Source: Methanomicrobiales archaeon (lineage in GTDB: Archaea; Halobacteriota; Methanomicrobia; Methanomicrobiales; JACTUA01). From it: a stretch of DNA of 64,000 bases. The stretch spans positions 20,111 to 84,110 of the forward strand of contig JACTUA010000004.1 of assembly GCA_015660865.1 (NCBI GenBank). The letters run 5' to 3'. Below the pieces are notes generated by a model that made no database searches, was not told where the DNA came from, and saw only the letters and a list, made by a program, of their open reading frames with translations. Of this stretch, positions 36,784-47,647 are shown piece by piece. Positions within the stretch are counted from its first letter, which is position 1. Every line of letters begins with the position of its first letter. The position numbers and the translations under genes were made by a program.

Positions 36784-37437
36784 ATGGTTCCACGCCTCTT
36801 TCTCCTCCTGATCACCTGCCTGGTCATCACTGCCCTTCTGGCCGGCTGCGGGGGAAGTTCCCCTTCCCAGGTACCCGAAACTCCTGCTGCCACCACCCCT
36901 GCCACTACACTTCCGCCCACCACGGAGGCTCCCCAGATCACCGCTGTGCCCGAACCCTTCCCGGGAGCCCTCTCCCTGGGAGCGCAGTACCGGTACGGGA
37001 GGGAAGACATCGCCATGGATGTGACCGTCTATCAGGTCAAGGTCATGGACGAGTATACCTGGTGGTCTCCCCAGTGGGGGAAATACTGGAATACCACCCC
37101 GAAGAAGGGGAACCAGTTCCTCTTCGCCCTTGTCCGCCTGGTTGACCGGGGAACGGCCAGGGCCAGGCTCCCCTCACCGTCCATGTTCGTCCTTCACGGC
37201 GATAACGGCTCCTACGTCCAGACCACCGACCGGGACAACAGCCTCTGGATCAAGGGGTTCGATGTGAAGCAGTACGATTTCTACTTCGACAACACGGGGG
37301 GCTGGATAGATCCGGGTGACTCCAATAAAGTGGACGGCTTCCTCCTCTTCGAGGTTCCGGCATCCCTGAGGCCGGATCACGCGTACCTCGAGGCCACCTT
37401 CTCGAGCAAGGCGGCTGCGGTCTGGAAGCTCGGCTAG
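36784..37437 (+). CDS. Lipoprotein-like secreted protein with DUF4352-like beta-sandwich domain
   Basis: Internal ATG of the track ORF. It has a signal peptide plus lipobox-like LLAGCGG and a Thr/Pro linker. NQFLFALVRLVDRG...VDGFLLFEVP resembles DUF4352. Confidence 0.6.
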   Translation: MVPRLFLLLITCLVITALLAGCGGSSPSQVPETPAATTPATTLPPTTEAPQITAVPEPFPGALSLGAQYRYGREDIAMDVTVYQVKVMDEYTWWSPQWGKYWNTTPKKGNQFLFALVRLVDRGTARARLPSPSMFVLHGDNGSYVQTTDRDNSLWIKGFDVKQYDFYFDNTGGWIDPGDSNKVDGFLLFEVPASLRPDHAYLEATFSSKAAAVWKLG

Positions 37438-37862
37438 CCAATGCGTGACCTGAGGGCGGGGAGAATCTCCTTCACCGTCCCCACCACCTCCGCCGACTCC
37501 TGGATCATGAGGTTCACCCTTCTTTCGGCTTCCGGCCTTCTCCTGTCGGTGGAGAGGGCGATAATGGGGATACCTTTCGCCGCTGCATAACCGATCTCCC
37601 ACGCGGTGCCTGAATCGGTGTCAGCCCCATCGCATACGGCAACGATGCAGGAGGATCCGTCCAGGGCTCGCAGATGGCTGTCAAAGATGGCCCCGTCGTG
37701 CCCCTTTCCCTCACCCCCCTCGCCTGTTTCCTGGGGAAGGTAGACCCCGAAGCCCTGGGCGGTGAGGAGATCCCTGAGCACGAGGTTGAAGGCCCGCTCG
37801 GCATCCGAGAAGAGGGGGGCTGCGAGGTAGACCTGTGATCTTGATTCCGGTCTCTTCTCCAT
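37434..37862 (-). CDS. Nucleoside 2-deoxyribosyltransferase-like protein
   Basis: The ATG at 37862 gives MEKRPESRSQVYLAAPLFSDAER...GTAWEIGYAAAKGIPIIAL, typical of the family. Confidence 0.7.
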   Translation of the reverse strand: MEKRPESRSQVYLAAPLFSDAERAFNLVLRDLLTAQGFGVYLPQETGEGGEGKGHDGAIFDSHLRALDGSSCIVAVCDGADTDSGTAWEIGYAAAKGIPIIALSTDRRRPEAERRVNLMIQESAEVVGTVKEILPALRSRIG

Positions 37863-38004
37863 ATTCGTGATATCCGGTGCCCCGGGATAAAAGAGTGGAT
37901 GGTCCGGTTCCTTGCTGGGCCTGCGTTGCACGTATCCCCGGTATCCGGCATCTTGCCGCCGACGAGGAGGCCAGGACCATATCCTGGGCAAGGGATTCAT
38001 CTTA

Positions 38005-38048
38005 CTATTGGGCTCCTGGGGGACTACCGCCCGCCGCGGGCATCCCCC
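38005..38048. repeat. Solo family B unit (inverted orientation)
   Basis: CTATTGGGCTCCTGGGGGACTACCGCCCGCCGCGGGCATCCCCC is the reverse complement of the 29046-29090 type unit. Confidence 0.7.
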
Positions 38049-38146
38049 GCCGTCTTCCGAGACTTGTCATCGGCGGTTGTGGGCTTCGTTTGGAATATCT
38101 GTCTGGAAAGGTATCTTGCACCGGCCTGCCAATAGTACACTTATCG

Positions 38147-38656
38147 ATGATCCCCCTCCTTGCCTACCGGGACAACACCTGCGACCCGAGGAAGTGCTCG
38201 GTGAAGAAGCTCGCCCGTTCAGGCATGGTGCGGATCGTGCCCCGCATCCGGGCCATCCCCCGGGGGACCATCCTCCTCGATCCCACTGCAGAGCAGGCCC
38301 TATCACCTGCCGACCGCTCGGCCTCCTCCATCACCGTGCTCGACTGCTCCTGGGCGGTCCTCGACACCTCGGCGGTCAGGAGCCTACACCACCGCCGGGC
38401 CCTCCCCTTCCTCCTCGCCGCAAACCCGGTGAACTTCGGGAAGCCCTTCAAGCTCTCGTCCCTGGAGGCGTTCGCAGCCGCCCTCTTCATCCTCGGGGAG
38501 GGGGAGCAGGCAGAGAAGATCCTCTCGATCTACACCTGGGGCTGCCGGTTCCTTGAGGTGAACCGCGAGCCCCTTGAGCGGTACGCCGGTGCACGGGACA
38601 GTACGGAAGTGGTGGCCATCCAGGCCGACTACCTGGATGAATGTGAAAAACCTTAA
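38147..38656 (+). CDS. tsr3: 16S rRNA aminocarboxypropyltransferase Tsr3 (DUF367)
   Basis: The ATG at 38147 gives [22 protein letters not shown]...VLDCSW...[26 protein letters not shown]. Confidence 0.8.
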   Translation: MIPLLAYRDNTCDPRKCSVKKLARSGMVRIVPRIRAIPRGTILLDPTAEQALSPADRSASSITVLDCSWAVLDTSAVRSLHHRRALPFLLAANPVNFGKPFKLSSLEAFAAALFILGEGEQAEKILSIYTWGCRFLEVNREPLERYAGARDSTEVVAIQADYLDECEKP

Positions 38657-38681
38657 AAACCCGTCCCCCCATTCATCAATC

Positions 38682-39701
38682 ATGATACGAGTTGCCATCA
38701 ACGGGTACGGGACCGTTGGGAAGCGGGTGGCGGACGCGGTCGCGGCGCAGCCGGATATGGAGATCGTCGGGGTCTCGAAGACCCGCCCCTCCTTCGAGGC
38801 CTATATCGCCAAGGCCCGGGGGTTCCCCCTCTACATCGCCGATCTCTCGAAGAGGGCCCCCTTCGAGAAGCTCGGCCTCCCGGTTGCTGGATCGGTCGCG
38901 GAGATGCTCGCCCGGGCCGACGTGGTGGTGGACGCAACCCCGGGCGGGGTGGGGAAGGAGAACAAGCCCCTCTACGAGAAGACCGGGGTGAAGGCGATCT
39001 TCCAGGGCGGCGAGGACCACGAGGTGGCGGGGTTCTCGTTCTGCTCGGACTGCAACTACCGTATGGCGATGGGCAGGCAGTTCGTCCGGGTCGTCTCCTG
39101 CAACACCACCGGCCTCTGCCGGATCATCAACACCCTTGACAAGGAGTACGGGATCGCAAAGGTCCGGGCCGTGATGGTCCGGCGCGCTTCTGATCCCGGC
39201 GAAGTGAAGAAGGGGCCGGTGGACGCCGTGGTGCTCGACCCGGTGACGGTCCCCAGCCATCATGGACCCGATGTGCAGACGGTCCTCCCCCATATCCCCA
39301 TCAGTACCATGGCAATGATCGTTCCCACGACGTTCATGCACATGCACGCAGTCCAGGTCGATCTGAAGAAGGATGGGAAGAAAGAACGAATACTGGAGCT
39401 CATCAGGGGGCACCCGCGGATGGGGCTCGTCCTGGGCGGCACCGGCATCAAATCAACGGCCGAGCTCAAGGAGTACGCCCTCGACCTGGGCCGGCCCCGG
39501 GGCGACCTCTGGGAGAGCTGCATCTTCGCCGACTCCATCGCAGTGCAGGGAAAGGATGTCTCCTTCTTCCAGGCCATCCACCAGGAGGCGGATATCGTGG
39601 TCGAGAACGTGGACGCCATCCGGGCCATGGTCGGGTCCGTGAAGGACCCCGGGGAGTCCATCCGGATGACGAACGAGGCTCTCCACTTCGTGGCCATCTG
39701 A
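38682..39701 (+). CDS. gap: Glyceraldehyde-3-phosphate dehydrogenase, archaeal type II
   Basis: The ATG at 38682 gives MIRVAINGYGTVGKRVADAV...SCNTTGL. Confidence 0.95.
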   Translation: MIRVAINGYGTVGKRVADAVAAQPDMEIVGVSKTRPSFEAYIAKARGFPLYIADLSKRAPFEKLGLPVAGSVAEMLARADVVVDATPGGVGKENKPLYEKTGVKAIFQGGEDHEVAGFSFCSDCNYRMAMGRQFVRVVSCNTTGLCRIINTLDKEYGIAKVRAVMVRRASDPGEVKKGPVDAVVLDPVTVPSHHGPDVQTVLPHIPISTMAMIVPTTFMHMHAVQVDLKKDGKKERILELIRGHPRMGLVLGGTGIKSTAELKEYALDLGRPRGDLWESCIFADSIAVQGKDVSFFQAIHQEADIVVENVDAIRAMVGSVKDPGESIRMTNEALHFVAI

Positions 39702-39740
39702 AAGAAACCTTTACCCCCTTCCCAGACCATTTTTCTGTGC

Positions 39741-40697
39741 ATGATGTCGTTCGAGAAGGACCCCTTTCAGCTCGCGACCCGGAACACCGTCGAGGTGGTA
39801 ACCGAGGACGACCTGAAGGGCGTCCTGTCCCGGACCCGTCCCCGCGCCTATGCCGGCTACGAGCCGAGCGGTGAGATCCACCTCGGGCACCTGGTCACGG
39901 TGAACAAGCTCATGGACCTCCAGGCCGCAGGGTTCCACGTGGTGGTCCTTCTTGCGGATCTCCATGCATTCCTGAACCGGAAGGGAACCCTCGAGGAGGT
40001 GGAGGCCCTCGCCCGCTACAACCGGGCCTGCTTCGAGGCCCTTGGCCTCTCGGGGGTCGAGTACGTCACGGGATCGAGCCTCCAGCTCAGCCCTGAGTAC
40101 GAGATCCTGGTGCTCCGCCTCGCCCAGCAGATCACCCTCAACCGCGCCCAGCGGTCGATGGACGAGGTCGGGCGGCAGATGGAGCACCCCACCGTCTCCC
40201 AGATGATCTACCCCATCATGCAAATGGTGGACATCGCCCAGCTGAAGGTGGACGTGGCGGTCGGAGGCATCGACCAGCGGAAGATCCACATGCTCGCCCG
40301 GGAGTTCCTTCCCTCGGTGGGTTACCCGGCCCCCGTCTGCATTCATACCCCGATCCTCCTCGGCCTCGACGGGGAGAAGATGTCATCCTCGAAGGGGAAC
40401 TATATCTCGGTGGCAGAGAAGGAGGAGGATATCAGGAAGAAAGTCCAGAAGGCCTACTGCCCGCCGGGAACGGAGGAGAACCCCATCCTCCAGATCCTCA
40501 AGCTTCACATCTTCCCCCGGGCAGGGCCTGTCACGGTGAGGAGGGCGGAGAAGTTCGGGGGGGACCGGACCTTCGGGACCTACGAGGAGATCGCGTCGGC
40601 CTACGCAAAGGGCGAGGTCCACCCCATGGACCTGAAGGGAACCGCAGCCGGCTACCTGGTGGAGATCCTCCGCCCGGTGCGGGAACGCCTTGGTTGA
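39741..40697 (+). CDS. tyrS: Tyrosine--tRNA ligase
   Basis: 318 aa with the HIGH-type motif GEIHLGHL and a KMSSS motif. Confidence 0.95.
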   Translation: MMSFEKDPFQLATRNTVEVVTEDDLKGVLSRTRPRAYAGYEPSGEIHLGHLVTVNKLMDLQAAGFHVVVLLADLHAFLNRKGTLEEVEALARYNRACFEALGLSGVEYVTGSSLQLSPEYEILVLRLAQQITLNRAQRSMDEVGRQMEHPTVSQMIYPIMQMVDIAQLKVDVAVGGIDQRKIHMLAREFLPSVGYPAPVCIHTPILLGLDGEKMSSSKGNYISVAEKEEDIRKKVQKAYCPPGTEENPILQILKLHIFPRAGPVTVRRAEKFGGDRTFGTYEEIASAYAKGEVHPMDLKGTAAGYLVEILRPVRERLG

Positions 40698-40703
40698 GAG
40701 GGG

Positions 40704-41492
40704 GTGAGGGATCTCGTGGCCGCCGATCCAGACGAGAGGAGGTTCGACAGGAAGATCACGGAGCTCGGCATCCGGATCAAGGACGAGGACCAGTGGAAGG
40801 TCAGGGATAACGTCTTCGATGAGGTGACCCTCCTCGCCCTCTACCGGCTCGCGAACCGGAGGTATATCACCGCCTTCGGGGGGCCCATCTCCACGGGGAA
40901 GGAAGGGATCGTCTTCTATGGCGAGCGCGGGGACCGGGCGCTTGCCATCAAGATCTACATGATCAGCACGGCCAACTTCAAGGCCATGACCGAGTACATC
41001 GACGGCGACCCCCGGTTCTCCCATGTCCGGAGGTCGAGGAAGGAGATCATCTTCGCCTGGACGAGGAAGGAGTTCTCCAACCTGAAGCGGGCGAGGAAGG
41101 CAGGGATCCCGGTCCCTGAGCCCTACTCCTTTGACCGGAACATCCTCCTCATGGAGTTCCTCGGCGAGGGGCAGAAGCCCTTTCCCCAGATCCGGGATGT
41201 GGAGATCCCGGAACCCGGGAAGACCTACCAGGAGGTCATCGGCTTCATCGAGACCCTCTTCTCCAAAGCCCGGCTCGTCCACGGCGACCTCTCTGAGTAT
41301 AACATCCTGTACGGGAAGGGACCCCACATCATCGACATGGGGCAGGCGGTGACCCTGGACCACCCCCGGGCCCTCCACTTCCTCGTGCGCGATATCAAGA
41401 ACATAAACAGGTTTTTCTCGGACAAGTGCGAAGTCATGGGTGAACAGGAGATCTTCCAGCGGATAGCCGGCGAGAGGTTCGCCGGCCCGTGA
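40704..41492 (+). CDS. rio1: RIO-type serine/threonine kinase (Rio1)
   Basis: 262 aa with a GTG start. Motifs are STGKEGIVF, AIKIY and HGDLSEYNIL. Confidence 0.85.
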   Translation: MRDLVAADPDERRFDRKITELGIRIKDEDQWKVRDNVFDEVTLLALYRLANRRYITAFGGPISTGKEGIVFYGERGDRALAIKIYMISTANFKAMTEYIDGDPRFSHVRRSRKEIIFAWTRKEFSNLKRARKAGIPVPEPYSFDRNILLMEFLGEGQKPFPQIRDVEIPEPGKTYQEVIGFIETLFSKARLVHGDLSEYNILYGKGPHIIDMGQAVTLDHPRALHFLVRDIKNINRFFSDKCEVMGEQEIFQRIAGERFAGP

Positions 41493-41512
41493 GGTATCTC
41501 CGGGATGAAGAG

Positions 41513-42055
41513 ATGACACGAGAGGAGGTCAGGGTCTCCCAGGACCGGATCGGGGTTCTCATCGGGAAGGCAGGGGCGACGAAGAAGAGTCTCGAGGAGA
41601 AGACCGGATCCATCATCAGCGTGGACAGCAAGGAGGGCGTAGTCGCCGTGGAGGGCGAGGATGCGCAAGGGGTGATCTCTGCAGCCGAGGTGGTCCACGC
41701 CATCGGGAGGGGGTTCTCCCCCGAGCGCGCCTTCGTCCTCCTCCAGGACGAGGACCTGATACTCGACGTCATCGAGCTCAACGCCCTTGCCGACACGACC
41801 CAGCAGATGGACCGGATCCGGGGCCGGGTCATCGGGAAGGACGGGCGCTCGCGGGAGCAGATCGAGGACATGACCGGGACCGCCATATCGGTCCATGGAA
41901 AGACGGTCGCGATCATCGGGTCCGTCGAGCAGGCGAAGACCGCGCGGACCGCGGTGGAGATGCTCCTGAACGGCGTCCCCCACGAGGCGGTCTATGCCTT
42001 CCTGGACCGGAAGAAGCGGGAGGCCAAGCAGGACCTCTTCGGATCTTACTATTAG
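41513..42055 (+). CDS. KH-domain RNA-binding protein (Dim2/Pno1-like)
   Basis: The first ATG in frame is at 41513. Two KH modules are present ([20 protein letters not shown]; [19 protein letters not shown]). Confidence 0.8.
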   Translation: MTREEVRVSQDRIGVLIGKAGATKKSLEEKTGSIISVDSKEGVVAVEGEDAQGVISAAEVVHAIGRGFSPERAFVLLQDEDLILDVIELNALADTTQQMDRIRGRVIGKDGRSREQIEDMTGTAISVHGKTVAIIGSVEQAKTARTAVEMLLNGVPHEAVYAFLDRKKREAKQDLFGSYY

Positions 42056-42144
42056 CGGGACCCCGGCCTTCGGGGAGAGCATCCCCCGGGATACCACGCG
42101 ATCCGGGCAGGGGAGGAGATGAGTGTGAAGGGAGAACGGTCCAG

Positions 42145-44295
42145 ATGGAGATAAAAGCCCTTCCCATCCCGCCCGACCTCGTCGAGGCCTACCGCGCCCA
42201 GGGGATCACAAGCCTCTATCCCCCCCAGGAGGAGTGCGTCCGGGCCGGCATCTTCGAGGGGAAGAACCTCCTCGTCTCCATACCCACGGCGAGCGGGAAG
42301 ACCCTCGTCGCCGAGATGGCCATGCACCACCATATCGCCCGGGGGGGGAAGTGCCTCTACATCGTCCCATTAAAAGCCCTTGCAAGCGAGAAGTTTGGGG
42401 AGTTCTCGGGGAAGAAGGTGAAGGTGGGCATCTCCACAGGGGACTACGACCGGCGCGAGGAATACCTGGGGAGGAACGAGATCATCATCGCGACCTCCGA
42501 GAAGGTCGACTCACTCACGAGGAACAACACCCCCTGGCTCTCCGAGCTCACCCTCCTCGTCGTGGACGAGGTCCACCTCCTGGACTCCGAGGACCGGGGG
42601 GCCACCCTGGAGATGGTCATCACCAAGCTCCGGTCGAGGAACCCCACGATGCAGATCCTCGGCCTCTCGGCGACCATCGGGAACCCGAGGACCCTCGCAG
42701 GATGGCTCGATGCGAACCCCGTGACCAGCACCTGGCGGCCGGTCCTCCTCCGCGAGGGTGTCTTCTACCGCGGAGTGATCCAGTTCAACGACGGGGAACG
42801 GAAGGTGGAGGGTGTCTCGAAGTTCGATGACCTGAACCTCTGCCTGGACACGGTCGCCGAGGGGGGGCAGTGCCTGGTCTTCGTCTCCTCGCGGCGCAAC
42901 GCCGAGGCCTTCGCGAAGAGGGCCGCATCGGCCCTCAAGCGTACCTCCCCTGCTCTCACCGCCTCTTCCCGGGAGCTCGCCGGCCTCGCCGAGACCGAGA
43001 TGGACAAGTCCCTCACCGCCTGCGTCGAGCGGGGCGCGGCGTTCCACCATGCCGGGCTCCGGAGGGAGCAGCGGAAGATCGTGGAGGCGGGGTTCCGGGC
43101 CGGGGAGATCAAGTGCATCTCCTCGACCCCCACCCTTGCGGCCGGGCTCAACCTCCCCGCCCGCCGGGTCATCATCCGGGACTACCTCCGCTACCGGGCC
43201 GGGGAGGGGATGGCCCCCATTCCGGTTCGGGAGTACCACCAGATGGCGGGGCGCGCCGGCCGGCCACGGCTGGACCCCTACGGTGAGGCGGTCCTCATCG
43301 CAAAGGACCGGGAAGCGGTGCATGACCTCACCTGCGCCTACATCGAGGCCCCTCCCGAGGACGTCCACTCGCAGTGCGGGTCGGCGAAGGCCATCTGCAC
43401 GCATATCCTCTCCCTCGTTGCCACCGGCTTCGCCGGGACCGTTGGGCAGGTCATGGGGTTCCTCGACCGCACCTTCTATGTCCACGAGAACCGGAACCGG
43501 CGAGGGCTCGAGGAGATCGTGGACTCCGCCCTCTCCTTCCTGGAGAAGGCCGAGATGGTGGTCCGGCTGGGAGACGATCTCTCGGCTACCGAGCTCGGAA
43601 CCCTTGTCTCGCGGCTCTACCTTGACCCGAGGAGCGCGGAGTCCATCACCAGCTGCCTTGCGAAGGTGGAGAACTTCACCGCGATCGGTCTCCTCCACCT
43701 CCTCTGTTCCACGCCGGATATGCCCACCCTCTACCTCCGGCAGGCAGATCTTCACCTCCTCGAGAGATACCTCTACGAGCACGAGAAGGCGATCTGGCTC
43801 ACCCTCCCCTCCTTTGGGGATGAGGAGTGCGAGACCTTCTACAGGGCCCTGAAGACGGCCCTCGTCCTCTCCGATTGGATCGACGAGCTGGGGGAGGCCA
43901 TGATCTGCGAGCGGTACGGGATCAACCCCGGGGACATCTACTCCTTCGTCGAGAGCGTCCAGTGGCTCGTCCACGCCGCGAGCAGGCTCTCCTCGCGGTT
44001 CGCGCCTCACCTCGCGGGCCCCGTCCGGGATATGGAGGTACGGGTCAGGTCCGGCGTGAAAGCGGAGCTCCTCCCCCTGGTCGCCCTCCGCGGTATCGGG
44101 CGTGTGCGGGCGCGGAGGCTCTTCAACAACGGCATCATGGGACCTGATGGAATCCGCGCGGCCGGCATCGATCGGGTCACCTCCATCATCGGCCGGGGTA
44201 TCGCAGAGCAGGTCTTCGCCCAGCTCGGGAAAGTCCCACCGGAGTCCGAGGGCGAACAGGCTAGCCTCGGTCATTTCGGGGGTGGTCCCTCATGA
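42145..44295 (+). CDS. hel308: Ski2-like DNA helicase Hel308
   Basis: 716 aa with PTASGKT, DEVH, SAT and QMAGRAGR motifs and a C-terminal HhH-like domain. Confidence 0.9.
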   Translation: MEIKALPIPPDLVEAYRAQGITSLYPPQEECVRAGIFEGKNLLVSIPTASGKTLVAEMAMHHHIARGGKCLYIVPLKALASEKFGEFSGKKVKVGISTGDYDRREEYLGRNEIIIATSEKVDSLTRNNTPWLSELTLLVVDEVHLLDSEDRGATLEMVITKLRSRNPTMQILGLSATIGNPRTLAGWLDANPVTSTWRPVLLREGVFYRGVIQFNDGERKVEGVSKFDDLNLCLDTVAEGGQCLVFVSSRRNAEAFAKRAASALKRTSPALTASSRELAGLAETEMDKSLTACVERGAAFHHAGLRREQRKIVEAGFRAGEIKCISSTPTLAAGLNLPARRVIIRDYLRYRAGEGMAPIPVREYHQMAGRAGRPRLDPYGEAVLIAKDREAVHDLTCAYIEAPPEDVHSQCGSAKAICTHILSLVATGFAGTVGQVMGFLDRTFYVHENRNRRGLEEIVDSALSFLEKAEMVVRLGDDLSATELGTLVSRLYLDPRSAESITSCLAKVENFTAIGLLHLLCSTPDMPTLYLRQADLHLLERYLYEHEKAIWLTLPSFGDEECETFYRALKTALVLSDWIDELGEAMICERYGINPGDIYSFVESVQWLVHAASRLSSRFAPHLAGPVRDMEVRVRSGVKAELLPLVALRGIGRVRARRLFNNGIMGPDGIRAAGIDRVTSIIGRGIAEQVFAQLGKVPPESEGEQASLGHFGGGPS

Positions 44296-44807
44296 CGGGC
44301 AGTGGGTTCGAGATCCGGACCGCCACCTTCAGGGTCTCCGGGTGCTCCATGTTTCTCTCCGGACTCCGTGCCGTGGCGGCCGCCCATGCCACCCGGATCA
44401 TCTGCTTCAACGCCGATCTGATGGCGGGGCGTGCCCATGTGGAGGCGGCCATGGAGAGGGCCCTCCGGTCCGTGCGTGCCGGGACGACTATCTCCTCCTC
44501 CCTCGAGATGGAGGCGCTCCTCTATGCGTCCGGAAGCCGGCAGTGCAGCATAGCGGAACGATTCGGTATCCATGAGGGTAAGAACTGTGCATATGTCTGC
44601 CTCTGCCCACCAACTGAAGCAGCGTTCCAGGACCTCTCGGCTCTCATGGAGTTCGTTGACGGGGACTGGGAGATCCTTTCAGAAGATAAACAGGAGCGGC
44701 TTAGGGAGGCCTTCGGGATAACCCGCGGCGAGCTGGAAGCCGCCGGATCTGCCCGGCTGCGGGACCTGGTCCTGGAACGGGTGGCCCTCCTCGAGGTTTA
44801 TCGCTGA
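44292..44807 (+). CDS. cgi121: KEOPS complex subunit Cgi121
   Basis: 171 aa with an ATGA overlap with hel308. Length and sequence pattern ([17 protein letters not shown]...[11 protein letters not shown]) fit Cgi121. Confidence 0.65.
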   Translation: MTGSGFEIRTATFRVSGCSMFLSGLRAVAAAHATRIICFNADLMAGRAHVEAAMERALRSVRAGTTISSSLEMEALLYASGSRQCSIAERFGIHEGKNCAYVCLCPPTEAAFQDLSALMEFVDGDWEILSEDKQERLREAFGITRGELEAAGSARLRDLVLERVALLEVYR

Positions 44808-45295
44808 TCCGGGGCTGCGTGGGAGAGGATGTGGCGGATCTCGGGGAGGATGAGCTCCCTGGTCCCCAGGGTCACCGCCGCAACGGAACCCGGGAGAGAG
44901 AAGATGGCTTTTCCATGAGAAATCCCTGCCAGGGCCCGGGAGAGGATGGCGGAGGTCCCGATCTCCTGGAAGGATTTCAGCCGGAAGATCTCCCCGAAGC
45001 CCTCGATCTCCTTCTCGATGAACGGGCGGATCGCCTCGATGGTGCAGTCGTCGGGGGTGAGGCCGGTGCCGCCCGTCAGGATGATGCAGTTGGCATGGTC
45101 CATGGCGAGGACGAGGGCGGTCCGGATATGTTCGATCCTGTCAGGGACCAGAGCGTAATAAGTCACTTCGAGACCGGCCTCGGTGAGGAGATTCCTGATG
45201 GCCTGCCCGCTCTCATCGGTCTCCGGAGTCCGGCTGCTTGAGACGGTGATGACCGCCGCTGTGATAGCAACCGGGTGGACGTGTTCAGGATGCAT
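44798..45295 (-). CDS. moaB: Molybdenum cofactor biosynthesis protein B (MoaB/MogA family)
   Basis: 165 aa with ILTGGTGLTPDD and LPGSV motifs. Confidence 0.85.
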   Translation of the reverse strand: MHPEHVHPVAITAAVITVSSSRTPETDESGQAIRNLLTEAGLEVTYYALVPDRIEHIRTALVLAMDHANCIILTGGTGLTPDDCTIEAIRPFIEKEIEGFGEIFRLKSFQEIGTSAILSRALAGISHGKAIFSLPGSVAAVTLGTRELILPEIRHILSHAAPDQR

Positions 45296-45358
45296 TGCCT
45301 GATGTGATGGTTAGCACCCGGAATGATAAAGGGATATTGGGATCCGCTTCTACCCGGA

Positions 45359-45785
45359 CCCCTTTGTTTCCACTGGAATGGTTCGGGAATGTGATATCTC
45401 GGACGTTATGAGAATTTTCATCAGGCTTAGTGGGATGATCTCCCTCCTACCCGGGTTCATGCTCCCGGTTCATTTCGATCTATTTTTATATGTTATAAGA
45501 GAGAAAAACAACCGGCTATTTCTATTAAAATATCAAATTAAATATCAGACTATTTTATCATCTCCATGAGAAACAAGGGGGGGTGGGGGATTATCCTTCC
45601 GGGACTATCCACTGTTTCAAGGGGCCCTGAAGTGCGGTTGTGTGGGTGGATATACCCGAGCCAGTCGAAATGCCCTCAGGGACAGGCAGAAGGAACGGGA
45701 AAAATGGCATCCCGGGAAATCTGGAAATCAACTTATTTCGTGAAAATTTACCAAGATAAAAGGATCTCCACAGGAAGTGGGGGGG
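45359..45785. other. oriC: Replication origin (oriC) upstream of orc1/cdc6: inverted ORB boxes flanking an AT-rich DUE
   Basis: The ORB at 45359-45378 reads TTCCAGTGGAAACAAAGGGG on the minus strand. The AT-rich block is at 45478-45560. Plus-strand ORBs are at 45561-45583 (TCTCCATGAGAAACAAGGGGGGG) and 45765-45785 (TCTCCACAGGAAGTGGGGGGG), and a degenerate box is at 45607-45624. Confidence 0.8.
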
Positions 45786-45861
45786 TTGTAAACAGAGAGA
45801 AAACGATCAGCTTAAGAAGGCCCGGAACCATATCACCGGAGCAACCTCTTCCACTGCAGAT

Positions 45862-47142
45862 ATGCCCGAAGAAAACTCGTCCATGGGACTTTTCCAGAAA
45901 TATCTCGTGAATAAGAATATATTCAAGAACCGGGAGGTCCTGCGACACTCGTACCGGCCGAATATCCTCCCCCACCGGCAGCCCGAGATCAATACGATCG
46001 CCTCGATCCTTGCCGCCTCCCTCAAGGGTGAGACCCCGTCGAATATCCTGATCTATGGCAAGACGGGGACCGGGAAGACCGCCTGCGTCCGATACGTCGC
46101 CGACGAGCTCGAGAAGGCGAGCCAGGAGACCGTCATTCCCTGCCACGTGATCCACCTGAACTGCGAGGTCATAGATACCCAGTACCGGGTCCTCGCCCAG
46201 ATCGCGAAGAACCTCGAGGATCACGACGAACGGCCGAGCGACGGGACGCGCAGCAACATCCCCTTCACCGGGTGGCCCACCGACCAGGTCTACATGGAGC
46301 TGAAGAACCTCCTCGAATCCGTGGGAGGGGTGATGGTGATCGTGCTTGATGAGATCGACAAGCTCGTCAAGAAGAGCGGTGACGAGACCCTCTACAACCT
46401 GACCCGGATCAACTCGGATCTCAAGGACTCGAAGGTCTCCATCATCGGCATCTCGAACGATCTCAGGTTCACCGATTTCCTGGACCCCCGGGTCCTCTCC
46501 TCCCTCTCGGAGGAGGAGCTGGTCTTCCCGCCCTACAATGCCCCGCAGCTCTGCGACATCCTCCAGAAGCGCGGGGAGGACGCCTTTATGGAGGGGGTCA
46601 TCGACCCCCCGGTCATCCCCCTCTGCGCTGCCCTCGCCGCCCAGGAGCACGGGGACGCGAGGAGGGCCCTCGACCTCCTCCGGGTCTCGGGTGAGCTCGC
46701 CGAGCGGGAGGACGAGAGCCGGGTGGCCGAGAAGCATGTCAAGATGGCCCAGGAGAAGATCGAGACAGACAGCATGATCGAGTGCGTCTCGACCCTCCCG
46801 ACCCAGTCGAAGGTGGTCCTCTACTCCATGCTCCTCCTCGAGCATATCGGGAAGAAGATCTTCACCTCGGGGGAGGTTCTCCAGGTTTACCGCGAGGTGG
46901 CAGGCACCCTTGACGTAGACGTGCTCACGAACCGGAGGATCACGGACCTCGTCTCCGAGCTCTCGATGCTCGGGGTGATCAATACCCGGGTCGTCTCCAA
47001 GGGGCGGTACGGGAGAACCAAGGAGATGTGGTTCGATATGATGACGAACCGTATCTGGGAGGTCCTCTCCAAGGACCAGCGCCTCTCGCGGGATACCCTT
47101 ATACAATTGGATACCAACCGGTTGAAGGCATTGGTCAGGTGA
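45862..47142 (+). CDS. cdc6: Orc1/Cdc6 replication initiator
   Basis: 426 aa with Walker A GKTGTGKT, Walker B VIVLDEID and a C-terminal winged helix. Confidence 0.95.
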   Translation: MPEENSSMGLFQKYLVNKNIFKNREVLRHSYRPNILPHRQPEINTIASILAASLKGETPSNILIYGKTGTGKTACVRYVADELEKASQETVIPCHVIHLNCEVIDTQYRVLAQIAKNLEDHDERPSDGTRSNIPFTGWPTDQVYMELKNLLESVGGVMVIVLDEIDKLVKKSGDETLYNLTRINSDLKDSKVSIIGISNDLRFTDFLDPRVLSSLSEEELVFPPYNAPQLCDILQKRGEDAFMEGVIDPPVIPLCAALAAQEHGDARRALDLLRVSGELAEREDESRVAEKHVKMAQEKIETDSMIECVSTLPTQSKVVLYSMLLLEHIGKKIFTSGEVLQVYREVAGTLDVDVLTNRRITDLVSELSMLGVINTRVVSKGRYGRTKEMWFDMMTNRIWEVLSKDQRLSRDTLIQLDTNRLKALVR

Positions 47143-47146
47143 TCCC

Positions 47147-47638
47147 ATGGACGAGAAAGACCATGAGATCCTCCACCTTCTCGAGGAGAACGGCCGGCTC
47201 CCCCTCCGGGAGCTCGCGACAAGCCTCGCTCTCCCCGAAGACGAGGTCGAGGAGCGCATCCGGGCTATGGAGGAATCCCGGATCATCCGCAAGTTTACCG
47301 CGGTCGTTGACTGGGAGCGTGCCGGGAACTCACGGGTCTCGGCCATCATCGACCTGAAGATCGCCCCCGAGCGGGACTTCGGGTACGACAAGATCGCCGA
47401 GCGTCTCGCACGCTTCCGGCAGGTGAAGGCGCTCTACCTGGTCTCCGGCGTCTATGATCTCCAGCTCCTTGCCACCGGTCAGGATATGAACGAGGTCTCG
47501 CGGTTCGTCTCCGAGCAGATCGCACCCATGGACCATATCAGGGAAACGGCGACCCACATCATCATGAAGATCTACAAGGAGAACGGGAACCCCTTCTTCG
47601 AGAGGGAGGGCGGGGAGCGACTCCCCATCACGTTCTAG
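47147..47638 (+). CDS. Lrp/AsnC family transcriptional regulator
   Basis: 163 aa with an N-terminal HTH (DEKDHEILHLLEENGRLPLRELATSL) and a RAM/ACT-like domain. Confidence 0.85.
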   Translation: MDEKDHEILHLLEENGRLPLRELATSLALPEDEVEERIRAMEESRIIRKFTAVVDWERAGNSRVSAIIDLKIAPERDFGYDKIAERLARFRQVKALYLVSGVYDLQLLATGQDMNEVSRFVSEQIAPMDHIRETATHIIMKIYKENGNPFFEREGGERLPITF

Positions 47639-47647
47639 AGGCAGATA

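Noticed and set aside
42511-44274. 587-aa ORF antisense to hel308. Similar long antisense ORFs include 1007-2284(+), 16619-17749(-), 35793-37016(-), 40383-41519(-), 45748-47391(-), 47663-48928(-), 49612-50913(-), 50522-51910(-), 53158-54369(+), 58919-60544(-) and 60882-62111(-).
   Set aside because: These are shadow ORFs, typical of high-G+C DNA. Their translations are Arg/Pro/Gly/Asp-rich and lack motifs. The opposite strand encodes clearly recognisable conserved proteins in every case.
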